Part shown: positions 9,801-22,505 of the stretch, one piece after another
How the letters are laid out: each line of letters starts with the position of its first letter
How positions within the stretch are numbered: position 1 is the stretch's first letter
DNA from: Tubiluchus corallicola
Taxonomy: Eukaryota > Animalia > Priapulida
DNA length: 64,000 nt
Assembly (NCBI GenBank): GCA_030141605.1
Contig: JAQGDQ010000515.1
Coordinates: 93,189-157,188, forward strand
Direction of reading: 5' to 3'
Position numbers and translations under genes: made by a program
Notes under the pieces: generated by a model
What the model was told of the DNA's origin: nothing
The model's input: the letters and a program-made list of their open reading frames with translations, nothing else
Database searches by the model: none

Positions 9801-12800
9801 TATGTTATTTCTAAGCTGAGATAATCCACGTTGAAGTTGCAGTGCAGGCTATGGAGTGAAAAACATAAACTCGAGAAAATCGCTGTTAAAGTTAGCCATT
9901 GTTTTTCGTCACGTCTCTACAAAACACTTAGCAACCGTACGAAAGTGTGGTTGCTATGAACTTTACAAGAGAAATTGGAGTTACGTTTAAATTCAGTAGG
10001 TGGTCTGGTCTTGTCAATAGAAAAAACCCGAAGCAGAACGACTGCTTCCACGAGCTACAATCAGAGTTTGAAAATACAAGTTTTTTTTACAATTGCAGTG
10101 CTTGTTTCTAGACAGAAAAGTCGGTAACGAATTATAAAATTACATTTTTGGTATTTTTAGACATTTTCCTGATAATTTGATGCTAGAATATAAAATTCCA
10201 CTATTTTTAGCATTCGTTTTCATAAAAAATCGACATTTGACCAAATTATTGGTGCATTCTTCTTTGAAGCATCATTACGTAGATTTAACTATGTCAACTT
10301 ACGGACGGTTTTGGTTTGCAAGCACGCGTATAGAGTTTGTAATTCTTTTCAATTGTAATGACAATAAAATTTGGTTCAGCGTCAGAAAGAAATTATGTTC
10401 AGCTTCGGTCCGGTAATCCAACTTAACTTGATGTTGTATTCCGAATTTAGTTCGGCAGCACATTTGTTTGGTGGGTATCCAAGCAGAAAGAAACTTGGCT
10501 TTGATTCGTTTGCGGAAATACGCCTACGGTGCAACCCCAGTGTGGGAATACCTTTATTACACGCTGCATACACAGAAATGACCAATAATCTGCCTGCCTT
10601 TCAAGAATAGTTTTACTATTCATTTTTCTTTAAAGACAAACCGGACCCAATCTTAAACTATAAGTCAAAACAATCTACTCTTTAAAATATTGAAAGGAAA
10701 TGTGCTATTTTTTCAAAAATGACTTACGTGAAAGAATTATTTCCACACAAACACAATTTCATGTTCACGCCACTAATTCTTCACTGCCACATGCATTTCG
10801 CCATCCGCTGGTTAGACGGACACCAGTGCCTCCATTTTGGAAATGCACTGCGTAAAAAACAGGTGCTGTACCTCTCAGTTAAAATGCTACGTGTTAGTTT
10901 CTGATGAACTGCACACGTTCAACAGCTCATGCGTAAACACAGTGGTAAATTTGAAATTTGAATTTTCATTCATACAACAGACTGAATATCTTACAGTAGC
11001 ACTGTACTTCAATTTTCGATTTCGCAAACATGTGCAACACGCTAGTAGAATATTTTTGCTGCTGAAAATTATGTTAGTCTATGATGTCATCAATAGTTGG
11101 GCTCGCACACTGTTAATTAAGTTTTTAATCTATTATTTAATTAGATTAGAAATATTATTATTTAAATTAATACTGCAGAATCGCTTTTGCAGTATTAATT
11201 GTGTTAAAATGTATACTTTTTATCGGACTTTAAAATGGGGTAGTATGTGAAAAATCATCCTGTCTTCCTTTAACAAAATACCTTTATCTGATAGCCACAG
11301 TCTTAAAACTAGAACAGATATCCAGTAGTAAAACTAGTTTGTTTCCAGCTTTTATGTACAATGCTACAATTTGGCACTCGGCCAACTATTTTCCAGTTAG
11401 CTAATTTTGCCTTTTTCTATAAATAGTCACAACTCTAACAACCAAACATCAATAAACTACATAATACAGACAAACACGGCCAAATCACGTTGAAAACACC
11501 GGTTCTCGCCTGATCACCGAAGTTAAGCAACGTAGAGCCTAGTTAGTACTTGGATGGGTGACTGCCTAGGAATACCAGGTGCTGTAGGCTCGCGGGATGC
11601 GCACACTGTATCTTGACACTAGGCGGAGGAGCTGTACAAGCAGCCAACGGCTAGAGGGCGGGGAGGAGGTCAAGTGACCCAACGGCCATGTGTAGAGGAG
11701 TAACTTTCCAAGTCAGGAATGGAGCCCCGAAGGCGGATCAGTGCAGCATGCTCACTGACTCCGGCAGCTCCTGCAGCCAACCTGGTGCCAAACGTATCGC
11801 TCTGCTTTCCTTTGGACTACACCAGGGAGGAAGAGAGGGGTTCCTGTTGTCTGGGCAACTCAGGATCTCCATACACCTTGCCCAGGCGGGCGCCCTGGAG
11901 ACGTTCAAGGATCGGACTGCTCAGCCACAGTCAACGCTGCAGCTCCATCAATGTGATGAATAACTGACTCTTTTGGCGCACACTCCTTTGTCTTCCGAGA
12001 CAGAAGGATGCCAACCGCAGACAAACATTTGAAAACTGCCCTGCAAAGTGTCCGAAACTTCTCTATTATCATACTTACTTTAAAATGGACTCGCAAATGT
12101 GACCCACGGGCTTTGGCAGCTGCAAGAACGAGAAACACAATAATTACACATTATGACATAATAGAAAAAACCTATTTTAAAAATTATTTTCCAGCATTTC
12201 ATTTACTGTTTGAGTGTCTGTATATAGGGTCATGATTTTTTACAACCGATTTTGGTAACTGGGGGATAAAAAATTACCCCCACCATAATTCGTAAATTAC
12301 TTTTGATAAAGCGCCGCGTTTCATTAGTAAACAGCAACAGCATAATTTGTGGTTATGCTGACCACCATAGGATACATTATACCTCTGCTAAAAGACATGT
12401 GACTTACTAGTAATACAAAATTTAAATTCACTTAGTTACGTTCCCTTATCTATGCTGGAATAACTGTGGACAACTGACATTGCTAGCGCGTGTGCAAAAA
12501 TCATTGTTATTTTGAATTTATTGTCTACTACTTTCTTCTTTTAGGTGGAGTAATTTGAGTAACTGACATTTTGTTTTATCAGATACATCGCCCGTATAAT
12601 GTATAGACAAGCGAAGTAAAGTTTCGACAATTTTAAAAAATCGACATACTGCATTATCACTTTTATTTCGTGGTGAGACAATGTGCCTAAAATAAATAAC
12701 TGAAAGTACTTTGTGTACAAAACATATTTAGAAAAAGTCAGAGAAAAGGTTTACTGGGATGCGTACGGTAAAAGGGTAAAATGCACAAAAAGTGGTAACC

Positions 12801-12968
12801 AAATTTGTGACCCTCTAAAGGTCAATCCAATTAGTGCTTAAATGTTAAGTTGTTTAGTTACTGTGAATTATATTGAGAAGTACCCGTGACAGCATACAAA
12901 AATTTTAGTAATGGTTAAGTTCACTTACACTTTGCTGCATTTTCTGGGTCAACTGAATACCTCGTCAT
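6881..12968 (-). CDS. RPL17: 60S ribosomal protein L17 (uL22); coding exons 12968-12929, 12119-12079, 9598-9464, 8006-7811, 7023-6881
   Basis: The spliced CDS is 555 nt (184 aa + stop): [33 protein letters not shown]...[30 protein letters not shown]...[22 protein letters not shown]...QRD. All introns are GT-AG with consistent phases. Confidence 0.97.
7239..7771 (+). mobile_element. TTAA-flanked MITE, family B (Kolobok-like), in an RPL17 intron
   Basis: TIR AGGAAAACCGGACGATTG / CAATCACCTGGTTTTCT; related copies at 20341-20543, ~38450-38880 and 56504-57037. Confidence 0.7.
10634..11269 (+). mobile_element. MITE family A copy in an RPL17 intron
   Basis: Collinear with 1851-2469; TTAA at both ends. 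Confidence 0.75.
11476..11590 (+). rRNA. 5S rRNA-derived sequence (SINE head or pseudogene, nt ~5-119)
   Basis: ACGGCCAAATCACGTTGAAAACACCGGTTCTCGCCTGATCACCGAAGTTAAGCAACG...GTTAGTACTTGGATGGGTGACTGCCTAGGAATACCAGGTGCTGTAGGCT: invertebrate-type 5S with boxes A and C, missing the first 4 nt and carrying several substitutions. Confidence 0.85.
11477..12017 (+). mobile_element. 5S rRNA-derived SINE (SINE3 type) with 10-bp TSD, antisense in an RPL17 intron
   Basis: 5S head (to 11590) runs with no oligo-T terminator into a ~430-bp GC-rich body that ends in a stem-loop; direct repeat CAGACAAACA at 11467-11476 and 12018-12027. Confidence 0.8.
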
Positions 12969-14207
12969 TTTGTAGGCTGGTTGCGAAAGTTACTACAATA
13001 AACAAAATTGCTATAACAAGTTACTATAACACATTTACATTTGTATGTATAGCAAACCTAAACTATGGTATATCTAAACTAGTTATGTGCTCAAACTAAA
13101 CTGTATACGAATTTACTAAGCAACATACAACAGAAATAATTATCTTGTTTATCTTTCAACCCCACAGTGTTTTGAGAGTCAAGTTAGTATATTTGTAATG
13201 ATGCTGTACATAATGTTGTTTAGACACCAGTATTAAAGGAAGCAGCGATATCACTATCTTTGTTTACCATAGGTTGACCTACACCTAAAAACAGTTTAAA
13301 TCATTTTTTCCAAAATTTGCTTCCTATTATGTATCTTACTGTTTGTTATTCATTGAATTATTGATAACTTTTTGTTTCTTTTAATGTATTAATTGTGTAT
13401 TTGAGTTGATGTGAAAAAATAAACAAATAAAATTGTACAACAAAGATTAAGCAGGACAAAATTATGGTTGGAAGTTACTGCTACAGGTATGTAGCCAAAA
13501 ATACCAAAATATAAAGTATAAAAAATACTAAAAAATCTAGGAAATTCTAATCCGTTTTAAACTAGACACTTTTGGCTTTGCAAATTAAGAAATCTGCTTG
13601 ACAGCCAACATTCTCTTTTTCTCACTTATTAACACTTTTTTGGATTTCCACGTACGCTTTGGCCTGTCAAGCTATGCTATAGGCTCAAATTGCATGCAAC
13701 AAAATTATTGTGTGATGTAATTTGCATTTGCCATGCTAGCTACTAAAGACTATTTGTATTGACTGGGTTATATTGCATTTGTATTTATATTTGCTTTACT
13801 GGATAATTTAAATATATGTATTTTACTTTAAGTGATAATTGTAAAATGCAGTGTGAAATTAATAAACGCTTGAAGCCCAAGAACTTTTGTGAGTGGAAAT
13901 CTGCTAGCAGCCTTATTCCAGATTTCTTAAAAAACAGTTCTACTTGCACTTGTTCATTAAAGTGTAAGCACATATTAATCACACGTTGAGCGATAGAAAC
14001 CAATAATAATAACTTGAAGACAAAACCTCACAACGGCTAAAACATAACAACAGAACAGTGAAACCTACAATCACAAAGGTGTATAATATTCCCGGGTTTA
14101 TAACACACGAAATTAAGAGTAAAATATGCGACTAAAACAACAACCAGTAATCAAGCATATTTCAAGGTGTTATGCGATTTCTATAGCATACTAATATACA
14201 AACTTAC

Positions 14208-14236
14208 ATCGCTAACACCATAACCGGAAAAGAACG
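14208..14236 (-). promoter_or_regulatory. RPL17: Putative RPL17 TCT initiator / 5'TOP and short first exon (14232-14208)
   Basis: Minus strand reads TTCTTTTCCGG...GCGAT|GTAAGT: a pyrimidine initiator and a consensus donor 1.2 kb upstream of the exon carrying the ATG (acceptor CCAG|CCTACAAAATG at 12976). Confidence 0.6.
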
Positions 14237-15139
14237 AAACAACATCCGCCTTGTCAATATATATGTTATACCGTAAATATTTTCTGGTGTGTCATGAAAC
14301 TGATTAAGCCGTAGATAATGGCGCGTTAGAAAGAATTGCCACCGACCGACATTCTGCAATTGCTGCTCGAAATACTGAATTAATGAATTAGCGCCAATAC
14401 GGTTTTTTGTTTTGCCCTTAATTATCGTGTTTGATGCAGTATATCCGGTCTACAAAATGACCTTCGAAAAAACATAGAACTTTTAGATTAATTTCATTAA
14501 TTATAATCATAATAATATTTTATTATTAATTTTGCAAAACTCATCATATCAAATGATCTCGATGTGCTTTACAATTGAAAAGTCTCTTATAACCTGCAAT
14601 CGCATATGTAGTCATTATAAATGTAATCATTCTAAAATTACAAAATCATACAAATTGTAAGTAGTGCTCTAAGAACAATTTTAAAGCATTGGTAAAATTG
14701 TAACAACATACAACATAATTTTGTAATGATGGTAATTGACGCATAAATAATGATAAACGATTCCATAATCGTGGAGCAATAATTGCAAAGACACAACGGC
14801 CATAATTTAAGTTTTTTGCTTATACCTGGGTTCCATTAAATGTAAAGGATCAGCTGCTGCACAGATACGACTTACTAAACCATCGTGAGTAGCTCTGCGC
14901 AGAAATAAAAGCTCGGACAAACAGCTACGTTGCACACCGTCCATGCCAAATTGTACAAGTAAATACTAAAAAGGCACCCAGTGCACAGAACAGCACGTCG
15001 CAGAGAACTGGTCTGATATGCTCTTGAGAGCAGGTTCGTATAATGTATAGTGCTGTAGTATTTTGTAATGGCTAGTGTAGCTAAAATCTATCAATACATA
15101 AGTGACTGTAATTCACCTTCGTTAAAACGTCTGCTGCTT

Positions 15140-15760
15140 TTGCTATCTTTACTATCATTATCATCATCGTCGTCGTCGTCATGATCATCATCACCATTAT
15201 TATCATCACCGTTGTTGTCGTCATCATCATCATCATCATCATATTCTTCTTCTTTCTAATCATCATAATCATGTCAGCATCATCGATGTCATTTTTGTTA
15301 TTTGTTTCCACATTATAAACTCCATCAACATCTTCGCCATCTCCATTGATACGACGATACCATCATCACTTTTGTCATCATTATCATTATCGGCCATCAT
15401 CATCTTCATCATACCTATTTTCACCATTACCTTGATTGTCATCAAAATGCTCCATCATCAATTTTGTCATTATCATTGTGCAATATACATTGCCACCTTC
15501 ATTTTGATTCACCATGGTGATCATCACCACCATCATCATTTGCATTGCCGTGATCATCATCGTCATCACCACCACCACCACCATTATTAACGTGATCAAT
15601 ATAATCATCATTATGATTTATATTGTCACATTCATAATCATCATCGTTCGTAATGTCATGGTTATCATCAATCTCGTCATCGTCGTCGTCGTCGTCATCA
15701 TCATCAACATAAGAATCATCATCATCATCAGCATCAGCATCATCATCATCATAAGCAACA
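15140..15760. repeat. Degenerate (ATC)n/(GTC)n microsatellite
   Basis: Direct inspection; source of several spurious ORFs. Confidence 0.9.
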
Positions 15761-16861
15761 CCATAAAGTATTTGGCAGAATTAAGCCAATTAGATTTTAT
15801 TACACTCTCAATAATTGTCATTAAAAGAGTACATCCTGTCAAAAGTTTTCGTAAATATGATTTTCAACACAAGCATACTTGTGTTGAATACTCAATTAGT
15901 TGGTCGACTGACCATTCATTACTCCGGTAAGGTGAGTTCACGCTCTAAAAGAAACGTTCTGCGTTTACTGCTAGTGGATCATTGACCTGAACAAAACCAG
16001 CATCGCAGCGCTCAATGTAGATTACGTACTCTATGCTTCTTCGACTTCTACATTCCAAACTTCCTGGTACATAGGAGGCGTGTTTTTGTGGACCTGTTCT
16101 CTTGAACAGTAATAGCCTATCTGTTTGTGCTGTATCGAGTTGGATCGAATTGTTCTACGTGTGAACTCTGCTTTGCTTTTGATATAATGAAGTTAAACGG
16201 GATTTCATAATGCATTTTTGAGTGGAAAAAGTGAGTAAGATAAGCTTATTTATTATATTTTAAAATTATAATTAAAATTACTGAAACGATAAAACGTCCG
16301 TTAAAATATGCTTGACTTACGAACGATTTCAAATTAATTCTAATTACAGTGTTTAAATTTTAATTTAACTTTACGACTATGATCGTTTTCTGCGATAATT
16401 ATTGTTTGATGTATTGTTGTTGATCATCTATTGTTTGATGAGATATAATACTTAGAGCATTTGATATTAACTTATTTTGCCCGTGATTATAAATTATGAA
16501 ACATGTTCTACATATTAAACATATTGTATTATGTAATGCTCTCGGTTTAGTTTATCAGACAAAGCATTAAAGTTTTCACATATCATAAGTAAAACGACCA
16601 CGAGTGTGAAGATTCCAGCACGACAGTTATACACATCAATCACTTTTACCGTTTCGAAGTGACAGCAAACTGGGTCCGTCTTACGCGCAATCAGTTCATG
16701 GAATCGGATATAATAGATATAGAATTGTGAATTTTACACACAGGTGAGCAGCAACGTCCCCTGGGAGGAGTAAGTGAGGAAGAATACTTGAGATGGCTGC
16801 TTTTTGGAGAGAATTTTCTTTTTAAAATTGGATACATACATGAAAATGCCTGTATACGTTC

Positions 16862-17056
<195 letters not shown>

Positions 17057-17329
17057 ACGCGCTACTTCACCATCACAATTAGATGCAGCTACATTTAGAC
17101 CAAGAAACAGGGACATTTCTCTGCTGGCTGGTTCGTTACAATGGCCAACAATGGACAGAAATATGTATTCTGGGTGCTGCCATTCTCAGACAATGAGGAG
17201 GCGACCATTCTATTTGTTGACAAAATATACAATGTTTGGCCTTGTTGCACCATGCTGCCTTGTACTTAGGTGCCGTACTCGCTACCAATGCCAGGAGTTA
17301 TCCATTCTTCTTGAAAATGTATTTTTACC

Positions 17330-18079
<750 letters not shown>

Positions 18080-18439
18080 TGGAGAGGGAAAAATTTTTGC
18101 AGTCTGCCTACTGAAAGACATAATGGTCCAAAGAAGAAGCATTGTGAATGTATAACTTTAAAGCTGAAAAGATAAAGAATAATTTATATTTAGCTCTGCG
18201 ATATAACATTTATAAACGCAAATTTTGTTTTGCGGTGTTGTAGAACTGGTGCAAGCATAACAAAGAAAACTAAATAGTACGTTAAAATAAGCGACTATAA
18301 GCGAAATTAAAAATAGGTCCTGTTGACGTACATATTTAATTTAACCCTGACTATAAGGAACTGCTGTTGTTGATAGATAACAGCATTTCTTATGACAGTA
18401 GATAATTATAAACGTATTATTTTGTGTGAAAATACAAAT

Positions 18440-18650
18440 TATGCGTACTTTAACTTATATTTCTACTGTTAAAGCAGTCGAATACAAATTTACAAACAAA
18501 AGCGACAATTTCGGTGACATTAGTTTCAAAAAGAAATGTTAATTTGCTTTCGTTTGACATTTCATAGAAGTCTGGGATGAAGTTGGTAATTTCACTAAGA
18601 AAGGCAGACAGTAGGTAGAAATTATTACCATTAGACAAATAGCAATAGGT
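18440..18650 (-). mobile_element. LINE ORF2 extreme C-terminal fragment
   Basis: FYEMSNESKLTFLF...FVCKFVFDCFNSR resembles the ends of non-LTR ORF2 proteins. Confidence 0.45.
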
Positions 18651-19102
18651 GCTACATACCTGTATTATTCCAGGTTAGGGCCTGGATAGCCTAACTGGTA
18701 TGGCATTAGGTTAGTATACTATCACAACCGTTTCTTGTTGATAACCAAGTTGAATACGATCGTTTATAATTTTTATATTTCTTCAGTCTTTTTGGCTCAC
18801 CACAGACATGGACATTGTTTATTTATTTTCTTATTCACAACATAATACAAATAGGCTATAATTGCTTAATTATTAATTAATCAGGATAAATTGTGCATAA
18901 AGAAAAGAGTTAGGGGGTTGTAGGAGAAGGGGTACGGAAAGAGCAAATGGTCATCAAGTCAGCAGCCTTCTAGGTTTAGTGTAAATTGTATAAAATATTG
19001 TAGTGCAGCCAACCTCGGTTGTTCGGTACTCGCTTATAAGGGACCACCGATTTTTCGTAACGTTTTTCCTATGTAAAAATCTACGTATATAAGGTACTCG
19101 GA

Positions 19103-20340
19103 TAATGAAAATGTGCAATAGTGTTAAATATGCATGATAAAACCAAACTAAATATAATGAAAATGTGCAATAGTGTTAAATATGGATGATAAAATCAAAC
19201 TAAATATAAAGAAAATATGCAATAGAGTTAAATATGCATGATAAAATCAAACTAAATATAATGAAAATGTGCAATAGAGTTAAATATGCATGATGAAATC
19301 AAACTAAATATAATGAAAATGTGCAATAGTGTTAAATATGCATGATGAAATCAAACTAAATATAACGAAAATGTGCAATAGTGTTAAATATGCATGATAA
19401 AATCAAACTAAATATAATGAAAATGTGCAATAGTGTTAAATATGCATGATGAAATCAAACTTAATATAACGAAAATATGCAATAGTGTTAAATATGCATG
19501 ATAAAATCAAACTAAATATAATGAAAATGTGCAATAGAGTTAAATATGCATCATAAAGTCAAACTAAATATAAGGAAAATGTGCAATAGTGTTAAATACG
19601 CATGATAAAATCAAACTAAATATAATGAAAATGTGCAATAGAGTTAAATATGCATCATAAAATCAAACTAAATATAATGAAAATGTGCAATAGAGTTAAA
19701 TATGCATCATAAAATCAAACTAAATATAATGAAAATGTGCAATAGAGTTAAATATGCATCATACAATCAAACTAAATATAAGGAAAATGTGCAATAGAGT
19801 TAAATATGCATGATAAAATCAAACTAAATATAATGAAAATGTGCAATAGAGTTAAATATGCATGATAAAATCAAACCAAATCTAACGGAAATGTGCAATA
19901 GTGTTAAATACGCATGATGAAATCAAACTAAATATAATGAAAATATGCAATAGTGTTAAATATGCATGATAAAATCAAACTAAATATAATGAAAATGTGC
20001 AATAGAGTTAAATATGCATCATAAAATCAAACTAAATATAATGAAAATGTGCAATAGAGTTAAATATGCATGATGAAATCAAACTAAATATAATGAAAAT
20101 GTGCAATAGTGTTAAATATGCATGATGAAATCAAACTAAATATAACGAAAATGTGCAATAGTGTTAAATATGCATGATAAAATCAAACCAAATCTAACGG
20201 AAATGTGCAATAGTGTTAAATACGCATGATGAAATCAAATTAAATGTAATGACAATGTGCAATAGTGTTAAATATGCATCATAAAATCAAGCTAAATTTA
20301 ATGAAAATGTGCAATATGGTTAAATATGAATGACAAAATC
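19103..20340. repeat. 52-bp AT-rich satellite, ~24 copies
   Basis: Unit TAATGAAAATGTGCAATAGTGTTAAATATGCATGATAAAATCAAACTAAATA, period 52. Confidence 0.97.
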
Positions 20341-21020
20341 AACGAATGTGACAAAAAGGCACCGCTGCCAATCTTAGTAGTTTCACTGACCCGCGCGTAG
20401 CTTTGAAAGTTTAACGAACTTTGACTGTCCGAGGTAATTATTATTTAATCTAAGCTTTGATTTAAAATAAGCTATTGTAGTTTTCAATATTTTACAGCAT
20501 TCTTTATTCTGAACTCGTGTTTACACAATCATCCGGTTTTCCTGTAAACAAAGAGCATGTAATACTTTATTACAGCTTCTCTATTACAATAACAACATGC
20601 ATAACTTGGGTCAACAATTTTGTTTCATTTCAGGTGCGATGACCGTTTAAATGGACAATCTTTACAGTCTGGACATTGGCAAACGTTACTGACATCATGA
20701 TAATCCTTTGCGAACTTAGGAATGAAGCGGAATGACTTTAAAGAAACGGAACATGTAGACGACTAACCTCTTGAGTAACTGTGTGTGCATCAATGATCTA
20801 ATTAATTGATCATTAATTAATTAATGATCTAATTAATTGTTTGACAGCTCTTGCAAATAACTGGTTTAGTTATAACTGCAGTAGTTTAAAAGTGAAAGCC
20901 ATATTCCCCAAAGACGTAGCAATTTCAAATGCAGATGGTTGTCGGGAGATAAAAAATATTTAAATTTCGTTTATCTTTAATGACTCCTTAGTAAAAAATT
21001 ACAATCTTCCACTTCTTATC

Positions 21021-22505
21021 ATGGCGGGTGGTGGGTATATAAAGATTCACTGGCAGAGGGTGGGTTTGATTTTAATGTATGCAATGTTCTTTGTTGTTTT
21101 TGTAATGCTCCGAATTTCTGATGAACAAAATCTCGTAAACGAAGAAGAGGAGAACGAGTCAAACCAAACGTCTTCAAGACCGATGCGTCAAGTTCCAAAA
21201 CCGTCAGGTCAGAACTGTTCCTATCACGTTCCTGTTCCTAGTTATGTTGACATCAACGTAAGGAACCTGCTCTGGCAGCAGGTTAACGACATGGACATCT
21301 ACCTGTACAGTGCCTACTACGACAGAAGACTCGAGCACTCTCATGGAGCCACCTATGTGCGAGTGTTGGGCATGAAAGACATTTGCAATCTACCTCGTAT
21401 TTATTGTCAGCTGTGGTACAAGGACAAGAGGGAGCCTTTCGTGATCGAAGCTCGGCAACAGTGGATGTGGTTCAATTGTAAGCTGGCTCTTGTCCCAAAC
21501 GAGTACCATGGCGTCATGTACACCTGTCCCCTGCCGCGCAAACAAAAGAGCATTCCTAGTCACGTGTCACTTACTCCACTACCCTGTCACGAAGCCACAA
21601 CATTGTTGGCAGTGCGACACATAGTGCCAAAGAAAAAACAAGATTTTGCTGTATGCGTGAAAGGACTGAACTTTCTCTACGCTGATAACTCTTTCCGTTT
21701 TGTCGAATGGTTGGAGATGCAACTCCTCCTGGGCGCCAAAAAAGTTTTTCTGTACAAGTATGACGTCACATACAATTTGGCGAAGATTTTAACCTATTAC
21801 ATAGAGAAGGGTGTCGTCGACGTCACACCGCTAACACTGCCTGGTGTGCACCCTAATGACAAAGTACAAAGGTACGTATTCGTCAAAGAGAATGAATGGC
21901 AATCGTGGCTGATGGAGGTGCTAGTCTACACGGACTGTCTCTATAGGAACTTGTACAGTTATAAGTACCTAGCTGTCGTTGATCTAGACGAATTCGTTAT
22001 CCCAGTCAAGCACAGGACGTGGGGAGAGATGATGCATCAGTTGTGGCAAACTGAACCCAAATTCGACCAGTTCGCTTCTTACAGTTTTCGCAACGCCTAT
22101 TTTCTCGATCAGTTCTTCACGGAGCAAAACAAAAAATATCCAAAATTTGCCCACGCTCTGCAGCACGTGAATCGATCAAAGAAATTGTCTCCAAAAGGCG
22201 AAGACGTGAAGTCGTTCGTGAACACAGATGGCGCGTTGACCGTTCACAATCATTGGCCCTTACACCTGATGCCCGGGTACGAACCGGTGACATTTTGGGT
22301 AGACGCGGACGTGGCCAAGATGCACCACTATCGCGGTAAGTGCACGACAGTGAACGAGACGGCCTGTGATAGATCGTATACCGAGCAAATCGTCGAAGAT
22401 TTAAGTATTTACAGATACGGCAGGAATCTTGCTCGGAACATGATAAGGACGTTAACTGAAGTTGGCTATATATCACGTGATGAAAATGCGGGTGCCAAAG
22501 TATAA
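21021..22505 (+). CDS. Glycosyltransferase family 92 (DUF23; GALT-1-like beta-1,4-galactosyltransferase), type II membrane protein, intronless CDS
   Basis: 494-aa ORF with an N-terminal TM helix and the motifs YLYSAYYD, FAVCVKGL, FVEWLE..LLLGA, DCLYR, VVDLDEFVIP (DxD), KSFVN, VHNH and MHHYR. Likely 5'UTR acceptor TTTCAG at ~20633. Confidence 0.9.
   Translation: MAGGGYIKIHWQRVGLILMYAMFFVVFVMLRISDEQNLVNEEEENESNQTSSRPMRQVPKPSGQNCSYHVPVPSYVDINVRNLLWQQVNDMDIYLYSAYYDRRLEHSHGATYVRVLGMKDICNLPRIYCQLWYKDKREPFVIEARQQWMWFNCKLALVPNEYHGVMYTCPLPRKQKSIPSHVSLTPLPCHEATTLLAVRHIVPKKKQDFAVCVKGLNFLYADNSFRFVEWLEMQLLLGAKKVFLYKYDVTYNLAKILTYYIEKGVVDVTPLTLPGVHPNDKVQRYVFVKENEWQSWLMEVLVYTDCLYRNLYSYKYLAVVDLDEFVIPVKHRTWGEMMHQLWQTEPKFDQFASYSFRNAYFLDQFFTEQNKKYPKFAHALQHVNRSKKLSPKGEDVKSFVNTDGALTVHNHWPLHLMPGYEPVTFWVDADVAKMHHYRGKCTTVNETACDRSYTEQIVEDLSIYRYGRNLARNMIRTLTEVGYISRDENAGAKV

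Noticed and set aside
11476-11590. Functional 5S rRNA gene
   Set aside because: It lacks the first 4 nt and the oligo-T terminator, has several substitutions, and lies inside a TSD-flanked insertion.
11688-11967. 91-aa and 82-aa ORFs in the SINE body
   Set aside because: No recognisable protein features; expected by chance in GC-rich sequence.
8009-14207. SNORD58-like C/D snoRNAs in RPL17 introns (candidates near 8190-8270, 8590-8640 and 12578-12660)
   Set aside because: Only degenerate C/D boxes, no convincing terminal stem and no perfect rRNA-complementary guide; would need snoscan or Infernal.
15081-15930. Poly-Ile/Met/His ORFs
   Set aside because: Translations of the (ATC)n microsatellite.
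18678-18720. tRNA gene (also ~48880-48925)
   Set aside because: Only an A-box-like 5' half, with no B box or cloverleaf; at most a SINE head remnant.
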